A DNA stretch of 64,000 nucleotides from Candidatus Iainarchaeum sp. Lineage in GTDB: Archaea > Iainarchaeota > Iainarchaeia > Iainarchaeales > DTGL01. The stretch is taken from the NCBI GenBank assembly GCA_026413945.1, contig JAOAJX010000001.1:32001-96000 (forward strand). Direction: 5' to 3'. The notes under the pieces are model-generated. The model made no database searches and had not been told where the DNA came from. It saw nothing but the letters and a program-made list of their open reading frames with translations. Below, one piece after another: positions 58,446 through 64,000 of the stretch. Position 1 is the stretch's first letter, and each line of letters starts with the position of its first letter. Both the position numbers and the translations under genes were made by a program.

Positions 58446-59738
58446 ATGGCAGTGAATGTAAAGTTGTGCAGCAAAGCATCTCTTCTGCTTGTACTTATTC
58501 TAATATGCGCAAACGCATTTGCAACAGTGCCAAGGTTGCTAACAGTCCAAGGCCGCCTTAAAGACGGCACTGTGCTTGCGCATGGAGACTATAACATGAC
58601 ATTTTACATTTACAATGCCTCTAGCGGCGGCACTTCTCTATGGAGTGAGCAGCATTTCAATGTTCCTGTTGACAGGGGCTACTTTAGTGTCATACTTGGG
58701 GAAAGCAATCCAATAACGCTGCCTTTCACTACACAGTATTGGCTTGCAATAAGAGTAAATAATGAAGCTGAAATGACACCACGCTTAAAGCTGACAAACT
58801 CAAGCTATGCTTTTTATGCAATAGATGCAAATGTAAGCCCTTCGCAATGGATAACCTCGGGAAGCAATATTTATTATAATCTGGGCAATGTTGGAATAGG
58901 AGTGACTTCGCCTTCGTATAGATTAGATGTCAATGGCCCGTTGCGTCTTATGCCTGGCACTGCTCCGACTGGCGCGAATGGTGTGATTTACTATGACACA
59001 AGCACAAACAAATTCAGGTGCTACGAAAATGGTGCATGGGTTAATTGCATAAGCTCTGGTGGCGGCTCAATAATTTCCGCAGGTGACTCAAATGTTGAGG
59101 TTGTCGATGCTGGAGATGGTTATATTGTGCTCAGGGAAGACAATGCTGAAATAATGAGGGTTTCCGGTGGTAATATAGGCATTGGAACAACAAACCCCGG
59201 AACTAAACTTGATGTGTCCGGAGGCAGCATCCGTACTTCCGGGCAATTGATTTCAACAGTTGCAACCGGCACTTCGCCACTAGTTGTTTCCTCTACCACG
59301 GTGGTAACAAATTTAAACGCAGACATGGTGGATGGTTACCATTCATCTTCCTTGGCGAGAGCAAAGACAATATACCTTACAAGTACAACTTTTTATGGTA
59401 ATCATAACTGTGATGATGTGCCCACTAACTGCTGCGCTTCTGGCTACAGGATGTGCAGGTTGGGTGACTTGATGTCATACAGACCTGAACAAGACATAAT
59501 TGAATATAGTGGCACCGGCAGACACACTAGCCCATGGTTGTATGTCAATGGTTGGGTAGATGCAACATATTACAATTGTAATAGCTGGACTTCCAGTGAG
59601 GATGGAGTTTATGGAAGTATTGTGCAGCTCTATGGCCAAAGTGCAACAAAATTAGGCGGTTTTGGTTATTGGAATTATCCTTATTATACACAAGGTTGCT
59701 TATACGCTGCAAGGATTTGGTGCTGCAAAGAAGTATAA
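58446..59738 (+). CDS. Secreted protein with tail-fibre/adhesin-like repeats and a Cys-rich C-terminal domain
   Basis: Signal peptide; QGRL..G...MTF.IY...GG..LWSE, GNVGIG/GNIGIGTT repeats, NADMVDG, terminal WCC. Confidence 0.7.
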   Translation: MAVNVKLCSKASLLLVLILICANAFATVPRLLTVQGRLKDGTVLAHGDYNMTFYIYNASSGGTSLWSEQHFNVPVDRGYFSVILGESNPITLPFTTQYWLAIRVNNEAEMTPRLKLTNSSYAFYAIDANVSPSQWITSGSNIYYNLGNVGIGVTSPSYRLDVNGPLRLMPGTAPTGANGVIYYDTSTNKFRCYENGAWVNCISSGGGSIISAGDSNVEVVDAGDGYIVLREDNAEIMRVSGGNIGIGTTNPGTKLDVSGGSIRTSGQLISTVATGTSPLVVSSTTVVTNLNADMVDGYHSSSLARAKTIYLTSTTFYGNHNCDDVPTNCCASGYRMCRLGDLMSYRPEQDIIEYSGTGRHTSPWLYVNGWVDATYYNCNSWTSSEDGVYGSIVQLYGQSATKLGGFGYWNYPYYTQGCLYAARIWCCKEV

Positions 59739-59820
59739 GGCATATAGCTCTAAAACCTCTTTGTTTTTTATAAAAGGCAATTTAATGGGCTTTATTAATT
59801 TTTCCGGTTAAATTTTAAGT

Positions 59821-60753
59821 ATGCCAATAAAGCGCCTTGATCTGAAGCTTGGCTTCAGGTGCAACAACAATTGCCTTAGCTGCCCTCAGGCACATAGGAG
59901 GCATCTTGGTGACTTGCGCCTTGAGGAAATAAAAAAACTTCTTGAAAAAGGCCGTGAGCATGAAGCCAATGAGGTTGTGCTTACAGGCGGAGAGCCAACA
60001 GTAAGGCCTGATATCCTTGAAATAATTGCTTACGCAAAAAAAATTGGCTATGAGTTTATACAGCTTCAGACAAATGCAAGAATGCTCTATTACAAAGAAT
60101 TTTGCGAGAAGCTTGTTGCAGCAGGCATAACTGATTTTGCACCTGCAATCCATGGTCCTAACGCTCAAGTTCACGACTATTTGGTGCAATCTCCAGGAGC
60201 ATTTGAACAAGCAATAAAAGGTGTTAGAAACCTCAAAGAACTGGGCCAATATGTGATAATGAACTCTGTCATAAACAAAATAAACTATGTGCTGCTTCCT
60301 GAAACAGCAAGGCTTTTTGTTGACCTTTGCGTAGACCAATACCAATTTGCATTTATACATTGTGTTGGAAATGCGAAAAAAAATATTGATCTTTTGCTGC
60401 CCAGGAAAAGTGAGGTTAAGCCTTATCTGCACAAAGCGCTTGATATTGGAATAAATGCTGGAATAAAAGTAATGGTTGAGGCATACCCTTATTGCTTTAT
60501 GCAAGGTTATGAAAAGCATTGCTCTGAGCTTTATATGCCAAATGCAGAAATTATGGATGCTGAAGGCATAGTTGAAGATTTTGAAAAGCTTAGGAAAGAG
60601 ACAGGCAAGCTAAAGGGAGAAAATTGCGAAAAATGCCGCTATGACCTTATTTGTGAAGGTCCTTGGAAGGAGTATCCACAAAAATTTGGCTGGAAAGAAT
60701 TTGTGCCTGTTAAAGGCAAAAAGATAATAAGCAAAAAGGAGTTGCTTGGATAA
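59821..60753 (+). CDS. Radical SAM protein, HxsC-like
   Basis: CNNNCLSC, TGGEPT, QTNAR, C-terminal CEKC....CEG. Confidence 0.85.
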   Translation: MPIKRLDLKLGFRCNNNCLSCPQAHRRHLGDLRLEEIKKLLEKGREHEANEVVLTGGEPTVRPDILEIIAYAKKIGYEFIQLQTNARMLYYKEFCEKLVAAGITDFAPAIHGPNAQVHDYLVQSPGAFEQAIKGVRNLKELGQYVIMNSVINKINYVLLPETARLFVDLCVDQYQFAFIHCVGNAKKNIDLLLPRKSEVKPYLHKALDIGINAGIKVMVEAYPYCFMQGYEKHCSELYMPNAEIMDAEGIVEDFEKLRKETGKLKGENCEKCRYDLICEGPWKEYPQKFGWKEFVPVKGKKIISKKELLG

Positions 60754-62251
60754 GAGAAATGAGTTAATTGTTTTAAAAAGATTGCTCGCAATTCCTAATA
60801 TGGTTGAGCGCATGAAAGAAAAAAGCATCGACTTTGATTCTTGCTATTTGCTTAATCAATACAACACAAAAAAACTAAGAGATAATGCATATTTGATAAC
60901 AACAGAACATGGCGCATGGGCCTTATTGAACAAAAAACAGTACAATCTGCTAAGGCTACAGCGGCTAAGCAAAGACAGAAAGCTCTTTGATGCGCTTGAG
61001 AAGAAGGGCATAGTGTTAACTGAAAATAATGTACAGAGCATAGTAAAGGCCTATGCTGTGAGAAACTCATTTCTTTTTCAGGGACCGTCATTGCACATAG
61101 TTGTGCCTACGTTGAGATGCAACCAGCGTTGCATATATTGCCATTCAAGAGCAGAGCCAGAAAGCGGCAGGGGCTTTGATATGGACAAAGATACAGCAAA
61201 AGCAGTTGTTGATTTCATCTTCAAGAGCCCTTCAGAGATTCTAATAATAGAGTTTCAGGGCGGCGACTGCCTTCTAAACTTTGAAATAACTGAGTTTATA
61301 ATAGACTATGCAAAAGAGCTTGCAAAAAAACATAAGAAAAAAGTTGGATTTTCAATTGTAACAAACCTCACAAAGATGGATGAAGATATAATAAGAAGCT
61401 TGAAGGAAAGGCACATAATGGGCTTAGCAACCTCCCTCGATGGTCCAAAGTATTTGCATGACAAAAATAGGCGTTATCTCGGTGGCAAAGGCACTTATGA
61501 AGATGTTGTGTATTGGATTAAAAGGATTAAGGAAGAATGGAAATACGATTTCAACCTAAATGCGCTTTGTACAATAACAAGGTACTCTTTACCCTATGGG
61601 AAGGAGATTGTTGATGAGTATTTGCGCCTTGGCTTTGATGGTATTTGGCTCAGGTTTATGAACAATATTGGTTTTGCTGCAGAAGCTTGGGGTAAAATTG
61701 GTTATTCTCCAGAGGAATATCTTGGCTTTTATGAAAATACACTTGATTACATTGTGAGCAAAAACACCAAAGAGAAGCATTTCACTGAGCTTATGGCTTT
61801 GATATTTCTTAAAAAAATACTCGGTGAAAGAGATCCCTATTTTACAGATATCCAAAGCCCTTGTGGAGCAGGAATAGGGCAACTGCTTTACAAATACAAT
61901 GGCGATATACATACGTGCGACGAAGGAAAGCTATTCGAGGAGTTTAAGCTAGGCAATGTTTTTACATCTAAGTATGAGGAAATATTCAAAAATGATACGC
62001 TAACAACAATGATTGATATATCATCAAAAAAGAATTATCTGTGTGATGCATGTATTTGGAGCCCATATTGTGGAATATGTCCGCTGCACACTTATGCAAC
62101 ACAAGGCACAATAGTTTCAAAGCTCGCTTTGGATGAACGATGCAAAATAATGAATGGCCTCATAAGCAGGATCTTCGAGAGGCAGTTGTTCTCAAAAAGG
62201 CACAGGGCTGTTTTCGGGAGATGGGTCGAAAAAGATGTTGTCTTTAAGTAG
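60746..62251 (+). CDS. hxsB: Radical SAM/SPASM maturase, HxsB-like
   Basis: LHIVVPTLRCNQRCIYCHS, IEFQGG, TSLDGP..LHD.NR, SPCGAGIGQL.Y.YNGDI.TCDEG, CDAC....YCG.CP. Confidence 0.8.
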   Translation: MDKRNELIVLKRLLAIPNMVERMKEKSIDFDSCYLLNQYNTKKLRDNAYLITTEHGAWALLNKKQYNLLRLQRLSKDRKLFDALEKKGIVLTENNVQSIVKAYAVRNSFLFQGPSLHIVVPTLRCNQRCIYCHSRAEPESGRGFDMDKDTAKAVVDFIFKSPSEILIIEFQGGDCLLNFEITEFIIDYAKELAKKHKKKVGFSIVTNLTKMDEDIIRSLKERHIMGLATSLDGPKYLHDKNRRYLGGKGTYEDVVYWIKRIKEEWKYDFNLNALCTITRYSLPYGKEIVDEYLRLGFDGIWLRFMNNIGFAAEAWGKIGYSPEEYLGFYENTLDYIVSKNTKEKHFTELMALIFLKKILGERDPYFTDIQSPCGAGIGQLLYKYNGDIHTCDEGKLFEEFKLGNVFTSKYEEIFKNDTLTTMIDISSKKNYLCDACIWSPYCGICPLHTYATQGTIVSKLALDERCKIMNGLISRIFERQLFSKRHRAVFGRWVEKDVVFK

Positions 62252-62259
62252 GGGTTTGC

Positions 62260-63330
62260 TTGTTTGAGTTCTTTTTTGTTTTTGCAATGCTGATTTCTTT
62301 TGCTATTGCACTCGAAGATATCCGTCATGGAAAAATACCAAATAAGCTAATAGTTTTACTTTATGCTCTTGGTATTTTTTATCAAGTGTTTTCAGCGACT
62401 GAGTACATGAAAGTAGTTTACACTTTTTTTTATGCACTAGCAATATCTTTTTTCCTTTGGCTTATCGGAATATGGCCTGCTGGCGATGCAAAGCTTTTTT
62501 CTGTTCTATTCTTGCTTTTGCCTCAGGCACTTTACAGCTCGACGACCCTAACTTTTGATTTTATGGTGAATTGCTTCGTGCCGATATTTTTCAGTATGTT
62601 TTTTGTTATAATAGCAAAGAGCCGCTTTTCGGTATTAAAAGATGCGATTAAGTTTACATTACAGCCATACAGAGTAACGATTCTAGCTTTAGCTTTGCTT
62701 GGCTTTGTTTGGTTTATCTCAAAAGGATTAAGCTTTCTCGCTTTTGGGCAAGCAATTTTCAGCGATTATTTTGTAATGTTGCTCTTGCTTTTTTTAACAT
62801 ATGAAGTCCTGAGGCGAATGTTAAGTGCAAAGGTTGAGCTTATTTTATTTTTTCTTGCTGTTCTGAGAGTTTTTCTTGATTATAGAAATGTATACTCGCT
62901 CACTTTCATGCTTAACTTCGGAAAAATGATTGCTGTATTCCTTCTCTTCCGCTTTTTTATAATATACCTGGCCTTTAAGCTTTACACAAAAAGTGTTGCA
63001 ATAAAGAACCTCAAGCCAGGCATGTGTCCTGCGGAAATGATTTTGCAGAAAGGCGATGAATTCGAGAGGATAAGCTTTCTGAATTCAGGCCTTTTGACAT
63101 TTGGCCATGAAAAGAAGGGTGAGCTAATACACAGCATTGACTACCTGTCAGAGGAGGATATAAAAAGGATAAAAAAACTGCGAAAGGAAAATAAGATTCC
63201 TTTCAATGACATGCTGATAAACTTCACGCAGCCATTTGCAGTATTCATTGTTCTCGGTTATGCGCTTACTGTGCTTTTTGGTACAAACTTTGTGCTTTAC
63301 ATTACAAAGACCGTCATGCTTTCCCAATGA
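62260..63330 (+). CDS. A24-like prepilin peptidase family membrane protein
   Basis: EDIRHGKIPN, WPAGDAKLF, LKPGM.PAE, C-terminal PFAVFI..G. Confidence 0.8.
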   Translation: MFEFFFVFAMLISFAIALEDIRHGKIPNKLIVLLYALGIFYQVFSATEYMKVVYTFFYALAISFFLWLIGIWPAGDAKLFSVLFLLLPQALYSSTTLTFDFMVNCFVPIFFSMFFVIIAKSRFSVLKDAIKFTLQPYRVTILALALLGFVWFISKGLSFLAFGQAIFSDYFVMLLLLFLTYEVLRRMLSAKVELILFFLAVLRVFLDYRNVYSLTFMLNFGKMIAVFLLFRFFIIYLAFKLYTKSVAIKNLKPGMCPAEMILQKGDEFERISFLNSGLLTFGHEKKGELIHSIDYLSEEDIKRIKKLRKENKIPFNDMLINFTQPFAVFIVLGYALTVLFGTNFVLYITKTVMLSQ

Positions 63331-63380
63331 TTTTTTCCTTCTTAGATAAATTAAAAACAATTATTTGAGGTAATTTAAAT

Positions 63381-64000
63381 ATGCCTGAAACAAAAACTGC
63401 GCTGCTTTTGGGATACAAGTGCAATAACAACTGCAGGTTTTGCTATGCTGCTGATAAGCGTGAACTATATGCAATGAGCACCGAAGAAGCAAAAAAGCAC
63501 TTAAAGGCAGCTGTGGAAAGAGGCTCAAGCTTTGTTGACTTCCTTGGCGGTGAGCCAACTATAAGAAAAGATCTTATTGAGCTAATCTCTCATGCAAAAG
63601 ACCTCGGCTTTAAAACGATAAGCATTACAACAAATGGAAGAATGCTTTCAAATATTGAATATGCTAAAAAGCTTTACAATGCTGGTTTGAATTCAGCGGT
63701 CTTTTCTGTGCATGGGCATAATGCGGAGCTGCACGATTATCTTGTGAATGTTAAGGGCGCTTTTGATCAGCTCGTGAAAGGCATGCAAAATTTTAGGGCA
63801 TTATCAGATGATGTTTACATATGCACTAATACCGTCATTGTAAAGCCGAATGTTTCTTTTTTACCCGATATAGCAGAGCTAAACGCGAAGCTTTTGGCTA
63901 ATGGCATGGAATTTATTTTTCCGCATCCGAGAGGCAACGCATACAAAAATTTTGAAGAAATGGTGCCAAGGTTGGAACAGCTTATAGGCGTTGTTCAGAG
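63381..64000 (+). CDS. Radical SAM protein, HxsC-like; runs off the window end and is not in the ORF track
   Basis: MPETKTALLLGYKCNNNCRFCY...FLGGEPT...ITTNGRM...SVHG; GAGGT RBS; paralogous to 59821-60753. Confidence 0.85.
   Translation, partial: MPETKTALLLGYKCNNNCRFCYAADKRELYAMSTEEAKKHLKAAVERGSSFVDFLGGEPTIRKDLIELISHAKDLGFKTISITTNGRMLSNIEYAKKLYNAGLNSAVFSVHGHNAELHDYLVNVKGAFDQLVKGMQNFRALSDDVYICTNTVIVKPNVSFLPDIAELNAKLLANGMEFIFPHPRGNAYKNFEEMVPRLEQLIGVVQ

Noticed and set aside
57126-63380. His-Xaa-Ser repeat precursor peptide (HxsA) in the gaps around the radical SAM genes
   Set aside because: The intergenic gaps are short (under about 85 nt) and I saw no H-x-S repeat ORF; one could lie beyond the window.
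1-64000. CRISPR arrays, rRNA genes, IS elements, proviruses
   Set aside because: No regularly spaced repeats, rRNA-like sequence, transposase, integrase or capsid/terminase motifs were seen by eye.

Overview
Gene-dense, AT-rich archaeal chromosome segment. Archaeal-type informational genes, GGTGA ribosome-binding sites and several class III signal-peptide pilins suggest a DPANN archaeon, possibly Iainarchaeota/Diapherotrites (inference). Most of the window is housekeeping: L15e, S17e, S19e, L31e, L39e, L18a, eIF6, prefoldin, FtsY, SRP54, EF-1beta, pelota, ABCE1, Elp3, Taw3, CCA enzyme, Rpp21, RpoK, Rad50, HerA/NurA, split Hef, Hjc, DnaG and Pth2. There are six tRNAs (one with an intron) and dispersed type IV pilus genes. 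Two accessory loci stand out. (1) A PerR/Fur-headed oxidative-stress operon (46001-47831) has a Fur-box-like operator and encodes a reverse rubrerythrin, a peroxiredoxin with a metallothionein-like 13-Cys N-terminus, and a 49-aa gene missing from the ORF track. That small gene is a stand-alone class III ribonucleotide reductase glycyl-radical domain (YSRVVGYYRPV..WN.GK..EF), a candidate GrcA-like spare part for oxygen-cleaved NrdD. (2) A radical SAM cluster (57205-64000) combines an HxsB-like enzyme and two HxsC-like enzymes with an embedded prepilin-type peptidase, a secreted Cys-rich protein and a triple-thioredoxin protein, with no visible His-Xaa-Ser precursor. All calls come from motif recognition by eye; no database searches were run.
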